Positions 9,189 through 18,696 of a DNA stretch of 64,000 nt are shown in pieces. Made by a program: the position numbers and the translations under genes. The DNA comes from a virus (Duplodnaviria; Heunggongvirae; Uroviricota; Caudoviricetes): positions 34,516 through 98,515 of IMG/VR virus record IMGVR_UViG_3300028327_000833. One strand, given 5' to 3'. Position 1 is the stretch's first letter; every line of letters starts with the position of its first letter. The notes under the pieces were generated by a model. The model saw only the letters and a program-made list of their open reading frames with translations, searched no databases and was not told where the DNA came from.

Positions 9189-9238
9189 GGAGTTTATATG
9201 AAAACCACTGAAGACGCAAGTTTAGAGCTAGAATTCGC
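9189..9238 (+). repeat. 50-bp near-identical (48/50) duplicate of the 5' end of gene 10329-10646, immediately after the IS copy-2 right end
   Basis: GGAGTTTATATGAAAACCACTGAAGACGCAAGTTTAGAGCTAGAATTCGC vs 10320-10369. Confidence 0.8.
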
Positions 9239-9282
9239 AGGGTAAGTTCGGCAACCGTTTCTCTTAACATAGGATACCGCAA

Positions 9283-9567
9283 ATGCGCATATACCAGTCG
9301 CATGACATCGGGTGCATAACCCGCGAACCGTATTTCAAAATCGAACTCAGCGACCTTGAGTTCGCGCACCTTGTGTGGCGGTATCAAAATTGCACGGATC
9401 CTGGCGACTACTACGCAACTGCAGACGGCAGTGGCGTTGATCAAACTATGCAAGCAGAAATAAATAAGTTTTGCAAGGAAAATAACCTCGACGTAGATAC
9501 AATATGCCGTCCGTGGAACACTGATGATTACTGGGAGGAGCCTGAAGATGAAATATATGGGCAGTAA
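9283..9567 (+). CDS. hypothetical protein (94 aa)
   Basis: ORF. Confidence 0.35.
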   Translation: MRIYQSHDIGCITREPYFKIELSDLEFAHLVWRYQNCTDPGDYYATADGSGVDQTMQAEINKFCKENNLDVDTICRPWNTDDYWEEPEDEIYGQ

Positions 9568-10315
9568 GTCGCGCATTGCCAAACATATCGTCCCAATAAT
9601 TCAAGGCATCCTTGATCGTCATAACGTAACCTGCTACGTCGAACCGTTTGTCGGCGGCGCGAATGTTATAGACAAGATCAAGTGCGAGCGACGTATCGGC
9701 ACCGACAGCAACAACTATCTCATCGCGCTCCTCAAGCAGGTTACGGAGTCTGATCCAGGTCTGCCGGACGAAGTCAGCCGTCCGATGTACAACGAAATCC
9801 GCAGCAATTATAAAACAGGGCTTTATCAAGATTGGGTCGTAGGATGCGTCGGCTTCCTCGCCTCCTACAACGGACGCTTTTTCGACGGCGGCTACGCACA
9901 GCCCGGATACGAGACCTTGAAAGACGGCAAAAAGCGCTACCGTGACTACTATCGCGAAGCCAAAGACAACCTTCTCGCGCAGATTCCGCTGCTGAAGGGC
10001 GTCCGTTTTGAATGCCGAGATTATAAGGACGCGATTAAAACATTCAGCGGAGGTCTTCGCGAGCATCCGACGCTATTCTATTGCGATCCGCCGTACCAGA
10101 ATAAAAAGCAATATGGCGAAATTAAACCTAAAGAGTGGTATGACGAATTTTGGCAGACGATAGAAAAGTTATCGTCCGAAGCCATTGTAATAGTAAGCGA
10201 AGAAAACGCCCCTGGAAATTGGACATGCATTTGGGGGCAAGAGGTCTCACGAAGCATAAAAGCATCGGACAAATCCAGAAGCGTCGAAAAACTGTTTATG
10301 TTGAATCCTAAGTAA
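9548..10315 (+). CDS. dam: DNA adenine methyltransferase, Dam-like (D12 class)
   Basis: N-terminal MKYMGSKSRIAKHIVPII and catalytic FYCDPPYQ. Confidence 0.8.
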   Translation: MKYMGSKSRIAKHIVPIIQGILDRHNVTCYVEPFVGGANVIDKIKCERRIGTDSNNYLIALLKQVTESDPGLPDEVSRPMYNEIRSNYKTGLYQDWVVGCVGFLASYNGRFFDGGYAQPGYETLKDGKKRYRDYYREAKDNLLAQIPLLKGVRFECRDYKDAIKTFSGGLREHPTLFYCDPPYQNKKQYGEIKPKEWYDEFWQTIEKLSSEAIVIVSEENAPGNWTCIWGQEVSRSIKASDKSRSVEKLFMLNPK

Positions 10316-10328
10316 AGGGGGAGTTTAT

Positions 10329-10646
10329 ATGAAAACCGCTGAAGACGCAAGTTTAGAGCTGGAATTCGCGCGGAGTGTTGTTCACGGACTCCGCAAAATG
10401 CTCGAAATCCAGACGATACAGGAGTCCCTGCTGAAAGACTTCTGCATCCGCCGTCTGAAACAAGACGGAGTCAAACTGCCTGAGAAGTACAGTTGCGGCA
10501 TAGTCCATTATACGCAGAACCATTTCATACTAGCAATTTGCGAATCGCCTATGTGGGAGTACGCACGTACCTTGGACATTAAATTTAACAGTATAGATTT
10601 CAGTTACACAATTATTAAGCGCGGACACGCAGAGGAGGAAGAATGA
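10329..10646 (+). CDS. hypothetical protein (105 aa)
   Basis: ORF; its first 40 nt are duplicated at 9200-9238. Confidence 0.45.
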   Translation: MKTAEDASLELEFARSVVHGLRKMLEIQTIQESLLKDFCIRRLKQDGVKLPEKYSCGIVHYTQNHFILAICESPMWEYARTLDIKFNSIDFSYTIIKRGHAEEEE

Positions 10647-11353
10647 AGATCGTCGAACCGTCTTATGAATTCATTACGCCCCTGAACCGCGACGCTATCT
10701 TGAAACGGATAGAGGAGTGCGGCAGAACCTGTTACCGTTCGGAAGGCAAGATCGGGGAAGGCACCGCCGAGAAGTTCGCGGCAATGATCGTGAACCGCCA
10801 TCACGAAAGCGTGTTGGAGCACATCTCGCTGTCAGTACGGTTCGTGACCGATAACGGCATTTTGCGCGAGTTGACCCGTCATAGGATTGCATCTTTCAGC
10901 GTAGAGAGCACCCGCTATTGTAATTATAGCGGCGACAAGTTCAGCAACGAGATTTCAGTCGTCCGACCGAGCAGTCTGACACCGCCTGATCCCGCGAGTC
11001 TGTTTTGGTACGATGCCTGCGGGTTGGCCGAAAAACATTACTTCAAGTTGCTCGAAAATGGGTGCAAACCTGAAATTGCGCGGAGTGTCCTGCCTTTATG
11101 CACCGCTACCACGATTGTGATGACCGCCAACCTGCGCGAGTGGCGGCACGTGCTGCGGCTCAGATGCGCTCCTGCCGCGCACCCCGATATGCGCTTGCTA
11201 ATGCGCCCGCTTCTGCAAGAGTTCAAGAAAGAACTTCCAGAAATATTCAGCGACGTCGGCGAACAAGAAATCACCCTAGAACAGTGCGCGGAATTCTTAG
11301 AGCAGAGCCGAAAGGAACAGGACGGTGTCGATTCCCGGTTCGAGCCGAAATAG
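10643..11353 (+). CDS. thyX: flavin-dependent thymidylate synthase ThyX
   Basis: ThyX signature LTRHRIASFSVESTRY (RHRx7S..RY). Confidence 0.8.
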   Translation: MKIVEPSYEFITPLNRDAILKRIEECGRTCYRSEGKIGEGTAEKFAAMIVNRHHESVLEHISLSVRFVTDNGILRELTRHRIASFSVESTRYCNYSGDKFSNEISVVRPSSLTPPDPASLFWYDACGLAEKHYFKLLENGCKPEIARSVLPLCTATTIVMTANLREWRHVLRLRCAPAAHPDMRLLMRPLLQEFKKELPEIFSDVGEQEITLEQCAEFLEQSRKEQDGVDSRFEPK

Positions 11354-11390
11354 TGTTTTGACTAAGAATAATAAATTTTATAAAAAAAAA

Positions 11391-11418
11391 GTCAAAACGA
11401 GAAGCGTACTGTAGTAGA
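11391..11418 (+). promoter_or_regulatory. conserved intergenic motif copy 3
   Basis: core at 11404-11417; preceded by inverted repeat GTTTTGAC(11356-11363)/GTCAAAAC(11390-11397). Confidence 0.5.
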
Positions 11419-11465
11419 GGGCAGTATGCTTTTTTTTACAACTAATTTTGTCAGGAGGTTAAAAA

Positions 11466-11942
11466 ATGATGATCACAGCTATTGCATGTGCAGGCGCAGC
11501 GGCGGCTCTTGCGAGCGCCGTGGCGGCAAAGAACTTCGCTACAGTTGTAAGCGGGCAGCGCTTAAACGAAAACGGCGAAGACATCCCGCCGGAAGAAAAA
11601 CAAGCCCGTAAGATCGATGCCGCTATCAACGGCGTTTCCAAACGCTGTGGATGGTGGTATAAAACGGACGGCGGTAAATATAAGTTCTGCGAAGGAGCGC
11701 TGCACGACAAGATTGTGGGAAGACCGTCAGATTTTGTCCACGGTCTGCTGTCTGGGTACGAGCTGATGCAAGGGGAGCGCTATTTGGCGGCTGAAACCGA
11801 CATTCCTAAACCGCTAAAAAGTCTAATGGAGGCTCTTGGGATGGATAGCTGTGATCCAGCCTCTGTGGAAGAGTACAGACGTTTAAGAAAGGTCTATGCC
11901 GAAACGGGCGAAGTTAGACTTGCGGCGTGCGGTAAAAATTAA
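11466..11942 (+). CDS. hypothetical protein (158 aa), N-terminal Ala-rich hydrophobic segment
   Basis: ORF with GGAGG RBS. Confidence 0.45.
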   Translation: MMITAIACAGAAAALASAVAAKNFATVVSGQRLNENGEDIPPEEKQARKIDAAINGVSKRCGWWYKTDGGKYKFCEGALHDKIVGRPSDFVHGLLSGYELMQGERYLAAETDIPKPLKSLMEALGMDSCDPASVEEYRRLRKVYAETGEVRLAACGKN

Positions 11943-11989
11943 TAAAATGTTGATATATAACTTTAACCTTCAATCAAAGGAGCAGTATC

Positions 11990-12667
11990 ATGGCTGACAT
12001 CAGCAACGCGAACGTAGCGCCGAATCTTGCCGTAGACAAGCTGGAAAACGAGAACGTCTGTCTAATATCTGTTTTACTGGATGAGTCAGGGTCTATGAGT
12101 CCCTATGAGCAGGTGATGAAGCAAAGCATCGACACCTTTAAGCAGAGCATAAAAAACTCTAAAAGCGCTGATGAAATCCTTGTCAGCATCACTCGGTTTA
12201 ATGGAAATATCCATAGCGGAGGATTTCAGCTTATCAATGATATAAGCACAGACTACGCGCCCGCAGGCTGTACGGCCTTGTACGACGCCATAGTTTTAGG
12301 CCAGCGGAATCTCCACGTAGGCGATAAAAGCGGTTATCTAGAGCAATTAAAAGCGAACGGCATCCGCACTAAAGCGGTTCTCGTAGTCTTCTCAGACGGC
12401 GAGGATACGGCAAGCACCAACAACATCCGGGCGGCTGTGGACGCCGTCAACATCCTGAAATCCCAGGAAATTCTGACGGCTTTTGTAGCGTTCGGGTCGA
12501 ATTCGAGGGGTATCGCGTCGCAGTTGGGCATTGCTGACGCCGACGTGCTAGAAACATCTGCGACGGAGAGTGAGCTTAGGAAGGTATTCGAGATCCTCTC
12601 AAAAAGCGCCATAAGCAGCTCGCAGAGCGCGTCAAGCACGGTATCCAGCGGCTCGTTCTTCATCTAA
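11990..12667 (+). CDS. von Willebrand factor A (vWA) domain protein
   Basis: MIDAS motif LLDESGSMS. Confidence 0.7.
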   Translation: MADISNANVAPNLAVDKLENENVCLISVLLDESGSMSPYEQVMKQSIDTFKQSIKNSKSADEILVSITRFNGNIHSGGFQLINDISTDYAPAGCTALYDAIVLGQRNLHVGDKSGYLEQLKANGIRTKAVLVVFSDGEDTASTNNIRAAVDAVNILKSQEILTAFVAFGSNSRGIASQLGIADADVLETSATESELRKVFEILSKSAISSSQSASSTVSSGSFFI

Positions 12668-12677
12668 CAGGTGCGCT

Positions 12678-13400
12678 ATGATACTCATACGGAAACCGGG
12701 GTCGGATCACATTTTACGGGACATCAACTGTCACGATATGGCGGTTACGATCCCTGTCGGAGGCCGAGAAATGAAATTGGTGATGGATGGGTGCGGCAGT
12801 ACGCCGTACCCAGACTCAGGCGTCAGACTCTTTGCGTATATGCTGTCGCAGAAGTTAATCGCCCGTAGCGATTGGGTTTTAACAAAAGGTGAGCCTCACG
12901 CCAACCTGAAAGCGGTTATTGCTACGGTATTTGAGAAAATATTGCAACTGCAATCAACAAAAAACGCTGACCAATTCATATTCGATTTTATGTTGTTCAC
13001 AATACTTATCGTCGTAGAGTTGCAAGATTCGTGGATGGTGCTGGCTTCAGGCGACGGTTACATCATAAGTCATGCGCATTGTGAAGACCGTATTGCTTTT
13101 GAGCCTCTTGACTGCGGCGAATTCCCTGCATATCAGGGGTACAATTATATTATCGACAAAAACAAACTGCTAAGTTATAAGGACGGGGTCGGGTGGCATT
13201 TAGACTATTATCCTAAAACCATATTCAAAAATGTCGGCGTAGCTTCGGACGGCATCCGTTTTTTGGTAAACTTGCCTGAGCATAACATTGAAAGACAGCG
13301 GTTCGTAGAATTCTTAAAAGAAGACAAATGCGGCAAAATTAAAATGCTGATCAACCGAAACCAGTCTTTACTTACCGATGACGTGAGCATCGTTTTTTAA
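12678..13400 (+). CDS. PP2C-like Ser/Thr phosphatase (putative)
   Basis: VMDGCGS (DGHGG-like), LASGDGY, C-terminal LTDDVSIVF (PP2C DDiTvivv motif). Confidence 0.5.
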   Translation: MILIRKPGSDHILRDINCHDMAVTIPVGGREMKLVMDGCGSTPYPDSGVRLFAYMLSQKLIARSDWVLTKGEPHANLKAVIATVFEKILQLQSTKNADQFIFDFMLFTILIVVELQDSWMVLASGDGYIISHAHCEDRIAFEPLDCGEFPAYQGYNYIIDKNKLLSYKDGVGWHLDYYPKTIFKNVGVASDGIRFLVNLPEHNIERQRFVEFLKEDKCGKIKMLINRNQSLLTDDVSIVF

Positions 13401-13413
13401 GGATACTAAGAAA

Positions 13414-15222
13414 ATGATTATCGAAAAAAGACAACTCAAGACGCTCATAGCTTGCGGCGGCGAAGCTGAAATTTATGAAGGCGATACCTCTGATACCGTG
13501 TTTAAGATCTTTCAAAAACACATAAATTTCGCCGTAAAAGAACAGAAAGTGAAAGCTCTGCTTCAGAGCGGTCGTTTTGCGTCTCCCGCGTCCCGCGTTG
13601 TCGCGCCGCTCGATATTCTGACCGACAAAAAAGGCGCGTTCGTCGGCTACAAAATGACCAAAATAACGGACGCTGAAGCCTTGCACCAGTTTACGAAGAC
13701 TAAGTTCTGCAATCTGCGGAAGATTACCAATCTCGACATCTTTAAGATATTGTGCGCTGTCGGCGAAGCACTGCAAACGATTATCCATAACGGAGCCGCG
13801 GCCGTTATCGGCGATTTAAACGATCACAACGTAGTCGTTAAAACCAGCGAAAAAGACTTCGGCAAAGCGGCGTTCTTCATCGACACCGACTCGTGGGGTA
13901 TCGGCAATCTTCCGCCTGACGCCTACACGGACGGTTTCGTGCCGTCCGAAGCCTACGGCAAAAAGATGTCCCTGACTCCGCTAACAGACAACTTCAGCTA
14001 CAACGTTATAGCTTGGAACCTGCTTACGAAGATTCATCCCTTCGGCGGGGTTTACAACGGGCATGACAATATGTCTGTTGTAGACAGAATCCACAAAGGC
14101 GCGTCCGTTTTGGGCAAACATAAGAAAGAAATCACGATACCTAAGATAATACAGTCATGGACGTGGATGTCTCCTGAACTTCAAGATTCGTTCAAAAAGT
14201 CTTTTGAGGACGGTCAGCGGGACACGGTTTATGAAATAATTCGCGATCAGTTGCAGAACTACCGCTATTGCAACGCTCACAACACCTACTTCTACGACAA
14301 GTACGGAACTTGCCCTCTTTGCAGCGGCAAAGCTAAGATAGCCGTCGCGGTCAAGAAAATATCTACAGGACAATTCGTTGTCACGGAAATCTTCTCCGCG
14401 CCTAATATCGATTTCTTTCTCGACTTCGATAAGTACGTTATCAAGGGTGTGGATCCGTCCGCGTTTATAAGGCACGTTCCGAGCGGCAGGACGATTCCTA
14501 GGGGCGATTACACGCAAGTCGAAATCATTGACGACGGTAATGTCCGTAACGACTGCTTCTTTTACGCAGATAAGATAATCATATCCGGCGATAATCTTGC
14601 AGAAATACCTCGGCAGCATAGATCGCCCTATCAAGTCGGCAAAAACACAATATGGTACATTAGCCCTGACGGTCAGTTGACGTCGTTAAAGTTGACCAAA
14701 GCTGGCAATGTGCAGACCGTTATTGTGCCGACTCACAACTCGCTGTTTTGCGCAAACGACTCTACAGGAGAAGTGTTTGTGTTGCAACGCTACCATCACA
14801 TGTCAATGATAACGCGGGTCTATAATACGTCTAACGGACATCAAACAAGCCTGACTAATGAGTTGCCGCCTATCGGCAGAATTGACGAGTATTTCATTCA
14901 AATGGACGCTATCGGGCGTACATGGGTCTTTATCTATAAAATGCCGAACGGCTTGTTCAGAACCCTGCTGTTTGACGCTCCCGGCGTAAAGGTTGACCGT
15001 ACAGATATACGGTATACTGCGGATTCCTTGAATAACATGTTCTACGTGAACAACACGGTTTACGACGCCGGCGACGGGAAGATTACCGCCACGAACCTAA
15101 TCAAGAACGCAGTAAAAGAATTTCCGTGCGCGGAGATAACAGAAAGCAGCAGACTTAGGTTTGTGGACGGACATTTCGAGTTTATTAGCGGGAACAAAAT
15201 ATACAAGATGGAAGTTGTTTAA
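13414..15222 (+). CDS. Ser/Thr protein kinase-like protein with long C-terminal extension (602 aa)
   Basis: Gly-loop GGEAEIYEG, VFKIF Lys, catalytic-loop-like IGDLNDHNVVV, DTDS (DFG-like); CPLCSG Zn ribbon. Confidence 0.5.
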   Translation: MIIEKRQLKTLIACGGEAEIYEGDTSDTVFKIFQKHINFAVKEQKVKALLQSGRFASPASRVVAPLDILTDKKGAFVGYKMTKITDAEALHQFTKTKFCNLRKITNLDIFKILCAVGEALQTIIHNGAAAVIGDLNDHNVVVKTSEKDFGKAAFFIDTDSWGIGNLPPDAYTDGFVPSEAYGKKMSLTPLTDNFSYNVIAWNLLTKIHPFGGVYNGHDNMSVVDRIHKGASVLGKHKKEITIPKIIQSWTWMSPELQDSFKKSFEDGQRDTVYEIIRDQLQNYRYCNAHNTYFYDKYGTCPLCSGKAKIAVAVKKISTGQFVVTEIFSAPNIDFFLDFDKYVIKGVDPSAFIRHVPSGRTIPRGDYTQVEIIDDGNVRNDCFFYADKIIISGDNLAEIPRQHRSPYQVGKNTIWYISPDGQLTSLKLTKAGNVQTVIVPTHNSLFCANDSTGEVFVLQRYHHMSMITRVYNTSNGHQTSLTNELPPIGRIDEYFIQMDAIGRTWVFIYKMPNGLFRTLLFDAPGVKVDRTDIRYTADSLNNMFYVNNTVYDAGDGKITATNLIKNAVKEFPCAEITESSRLRFVDGHFEFISGNKIYKMEVV

Positions 15223-15241
15223 CACTAAAGAGGAGGAGTAT

Positions 15242-16189
15242 ATGGGCCTGATTACAAAGTACGAAGAAATCGTAACCGAAGCAAACATCGGTCAGGGCGC
15301 GCCTGTAAACATTGGCGACGTACTGGCTAAAGCGTCGAAAGAAAGCCTGAGACCTGCCGTAGAAGACGGCAAGCGCAACTTGCTGTTGCTGATCGACTAT
15401 CAGCGGGATTTCTGCGACGAAAAAGGCTCGCTGACGGTATATCCGGGAGCGAAGCGCGACATCTCGAATATCACGAAGTGGATATACAACAATATGGAAG
15501 GGATCACGGACATCTACCTGACCCTCGACAGCCACTTCCCGTTGCAGATATTCTTTCCGAGCTTCTGGAAGACGGCTACCAATCAGGAGGTCGCCCCGTT
15601 TACGTTGATCGACTACAAGAGCGTGCAAGAGGGCAAGTTCAAGTCGGTGCACGGGAACCCGAAAAACGTCCTTGACTGCCTGAAGACGCTGGAAACGGAG
15701 GGCAAGGGCGGCGTCTGCGTTTGGCCGTACCACTGCCTCATCGGGACGCCGGGCCACACGCTCGAACACGAGCTGTCGAAGATGGTGGCTTTCCACGGTA
15801 TCGCCAAAGTCAGCAAAGCCAACTTCATTTTCAAGGGTACGGACACCTACAGCGAGCGGTACGGCGTGATCGAGCCGTGCTACAATCCGCAGAACACGGT
15901 CGAATGGAGCGTCCTGAACGCGATCGCCGACGTCGGAGGCGGCACCGGGAAGATCAATTACGACCAGATCTTCATCGCTGGCGAGGCGAGCAGCCATTGC
16001 GTGCTCGAATCCGCCGCCCAAATTCTGAAGCGGTTCGCTGGACAGCAGGAAGTTCTCAGCCGGATCACGATTTTGAGCGATTGCACTTCGCCAGTAACAG
16101 GGTTCGAGCAGCAAGCGGATGACGGTTTGAACAAGCTCAAGGCGCAGTACGGAATTCGCATAGCGAACTCCGTCGATATTGCGCTTTAA
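15242..16189 (+). CDS. isochorismatase-family hydrolase, nicotinamidase PncA-like (paralogue 1)
   Basis: LLLIDYQRDFC, VWPYHC, IAGEASSHCV align to PncA blocks. Confidence 0.6.
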   Translation: MGLITKYEEIVTEANIGQGAPVNIGDVLAKASKESLRPAVEDGKRNLLLLIDYQRDFCDEKGSLTVYPGAKRDISNITKWIYNNMEGITDIYLTLDSHFPLQIFFPSFWKTATNQEVAPFTLIDYKSVQEGKFKSVHGNPKNVLDCLKTLETEGKGGVCVWPYHCLIGTPGHTLEHELSKMVAFHGIAKVSKANFIFKGTDTYSERYGVIEPCYNPQNTVEWSVLNAIADVGGGTGKINYDQIFIAGEASSHCVLESAAQILKRFAGQQEVLSRITILSDCTSPVTGFEQQADDGLNKLKAQYGIRIANSVDIAL

Positions 16190-16257
16190 CGCCGATCGGA
16201 ATGGCCGCGCCCTTCGCGGACGCGCGAGCCGAACAATTTATAGCAAACCGCCGATAA

Positions 16258-16288
16258 ATTTTGATTGCGGGAGGCGTACTGTAGTAGA
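16258..16288 (+). promoter_or_regulatory. conserved intergenic motif copy 4, followed by hairpin AGAGGG-N8-CCCTCT (16284-16303)
   Basis: core at 16274-16287. Confidence 0.55.
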
Positions 16289-16390
16289 GGGGGTGACTGC
16301 CCTCTAACTTGTTTTCATCCAGCGCGCGGCGGACGGCCTCTCGCCTGCCGTCTTTCGCCGCGCGTCTTTTAATCCACTAAATTAGGAGGG

Positions 16391-16879
16391 TTGGACATGC
16401 TGACAATCATAGCGTCGGCCGTTGTCTTGGCGGCCGTCGCCGCCGGAGATTACATACTGTGGCGGTATATGCGGCGGACGATAACCGCCCGGCTTGACGC
16501 CGCGAAAGCCGAGATTTTAGACGAAGCGCTGAAGCGCGGAAAAGCCTCCGCCGAGACGCTGGTCGCGGAAGTGCAGGGCATTCTGGATGCCGCGGCCAAA
16601 GATACGGAGGGTTTGCTCGAAGAGAGCGCGCAACAGCAGTCCAAGGCGATAGCGGCGGTCATTGCCGGGCAAAGCTCCGTAAACAAGGATCATAAAGCGA
16701 GGATCGAGGAACTGCTCGAACTGACGAGTCTCCACAGCAAGATCCTGAGATTCGACATGGCCGACGTTGCGGGAGGAGCGTCGACGGCCGCTATGCAGAA
16801 GCGTCCGCCGTCGGACAAAAGCAATCCCGCGGCAGGATCGGAATACGGCGATTTCCGGGGTGACTCGGGTTTATTGTAA
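16391..16879 (+). CDS. hypothetical membrane-anchored protein (162 aa)
   Basis: N-terminal hydrophobic helix; GGAGGG RBS. Confidence 0.4.
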   Translation: MDMLTIIASAVVLAAVAAGDYILWRYMRRTITARLDAAKAEILDEALKRGKASAETLVAEVQGILDAAAKDTEGLLEESAQQQSKAIAAVIAGQSSVNKDHKARIEELLELTSLHSKILRFDMADVAGGASTAAMQKRPPSDKSNPAAGSEYGDFRGDSGLL

Positions 16880-16940
16880 GCGACGGCGGCCGAAAAGGCG
16901 GCCGAAGTCAATCTTAACAAACAGTATATAGGGGTTTTCG

Positions 16941-17654
16941 ATGCGCGCCGCACAATATGCAGAGGGCATTCAGATCGCGTATGAGACGCCGTCCGCTATG
17001 ATGGAGTCGCTGAAGTCTATCGCCGCAAGCCGTCAGACTTCCGTCAAACAGGCTCCAGCCAAAGACATGGCCTTCGGAACCGGCGCGCGTTTGTACGAGA
17101 TGCACGACGGCGGCCTCGTTCTCTGTTTTTCCGCCGACAGGTGGAAACCGGGCGACACCGTCCGAATATCTATTCCATATATAATAGTCCGCGACAAGAA
17201 AATCGCCGTTCCGAAAGACCTTTGGACGGCGGAGGACGACGGCACGGGCGAAGACGTCCTCGTCGAATTTATCGAAAAGCATTGGACGGACGGGTATGAG
17301 CGGCCCAAGCGCAAACGCAAGCTGAAATCTTTGAACGGAGCTTTCCCGCCGCTTTTGATCGACGTCGTGCACACCCTGGAGGAACTCTCCGCGATGGGGC
17401 TGACCGCCGACGGTTTGAGCGAAGACGTTGCGGATTACGAAGCTGCGGTATGGTTGCGGAAACTCGCCGGCGATACGCTCAAGAGCGCGGAGAAGTATTA
17501 CGAGTTTCTCGACAGCGTCCGAAACCGCGTCGAAACCTCCGAGCTCAACGGCATGGATTACGAGTCGGCGGTCGTTCGGATTGAGTTGCGGCATCCTAAA
17601 ATTTACGCCTTTTTAAACTCGCGAGGTTTCCTTTCGACCCCGAAAGACGGTTAA
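16941..17654 (+). CDS. hypothetical protein (237 aa)
   Basis: ORF. Confidence 0.4.
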   Translation: MRAAQYAEGIQIAYETPSAMMESLKSIAASRQTSVKQAPAKDMAFGTGARLYEMHDGGLVLCFSADRWKPGDTVRISIPYIIVRDKKIAVPKDLWTAEDDGTGEDVLVEFIEKHWTDGYERPKRKRKLKSLNGAFPPLLIDVVHTLEELSAMGLTADGLSEDVADYEAAVWLRKLAGDTLKSAEKYYEFLDSVRNRVETSELNGMDYESAVVRIELRHPKIYAFLNSRGFLSTPKDG

Positions 17655-17743
17655 TCCGTATCCGGGGTGACGCCGTTATATTGAAAACAATACGTTGTTT
17701 GACAGCCATAACCACCTTTAGCCTGAAAGAGGAGGCAGTTGAA

Positions 17744-18532
17744 ATGTCGGATGAAAACAGTCATGTACGCGGCCGCGATAAAAGGCGCGGCGCGAAACGG
17801 TCAAGAGCATCGGAGACGCAGGAGACCGGCGAGATACTGCGTATGAACAAAATCGATTGGAAGAAGGCTACGCAGGACGGGGGGCAGTTTCAGCGTATAT
17901 TCTGCGCTAAAACAGTCCGAGAGCAGGACTGGGACAAAAAAGAGTATTGCGCCAATATGGCGGTTTTCGGGGCCAAGCACGTAGGTTTTGTGGAGGCCGA
18001 CAAGCGTAGGCGGCAGAAGGCGCGTCCCGAGGACGCGTTCAGCGCGATCATGGAGCACTCGGGACAGTACAGCTCCGCGGAAGACGGCGATCTCGAAACC
18101 TCCTGGTGCATCGAGTCGAAAATCGTAACCGCGGACGACCTGCCTTGGTACGGGTACATTTCGGACGCGGACAGGGAAGCGTCTTTTCCGTCTTTCGAAG
18201 ATTCTTTCGACGCGGAACTTCTCGCCGAGCTGAGAAGGATTTCGGAAGAGTCCCAGATACTGCGCATGACTGTCGCGTGGTTCTTGTGGAAGAGCTGCTG
18301 CATCAACCGCCTGACCGACGAACAGGCCGCGTGCTGGGAGAAGGATTTTCAGCTTTTCGACATACTCGCGGGCGAGGGCAGAGATCAAACCGGAGTTTGG
18401 GTGCTTGAGTACGCTCACGTCAGCAGTGTGGCGTACTACGATCGCCTCGACTACCTCAAGCGGATTTTGTCGAAGTTCCGCAGGCGTTACCTGACGTGTC
18501 GTAAAACCCCGTGCCTCAGCTCGGAGATATGA
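17744..18532 (+). CDS. hypothetical protein
   Basis: AAAGAGGAGG RBS before ATG 17744. Confidence 0.4.
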   Translation: MSDENSHVRGRDKRRGAKRSRASETQETGEILRMNKIDWKKATQDGGQFQRIFCAKTVREQDWDKKEYCANMAVFGAKHVGFVEADKRRRQKARPEDAFSAIMEHSGQYSSAEDGDLETSWCIESKIVTADDLPWYGYISDADREASFPSFEDSFDAELLAELRRISEESQILRMTVAWFLWKSCCINRLTDEQAACWEKDFQLFDILAGEGRDQTGVWVLEYAHVSSVAYYDRLDYLKRILSKFRRRYLTCRKTPCLSSEI

Positions 18533-18696
18533 GGCGCGAAGCGGGGACGCCGTCTTTTACGCGGCCGGCGGAAGATCGCGCCGTTCGGTGCGGAGATTAT
18601 GCCGGAACGTAAAAAGCCTGAAACAGCGGCGGCGGGGCTTTGACTTGAGGGGCGGCGAAACCGCCTCTCTATTTTAACCTAAAAAAGGACGGTCTT

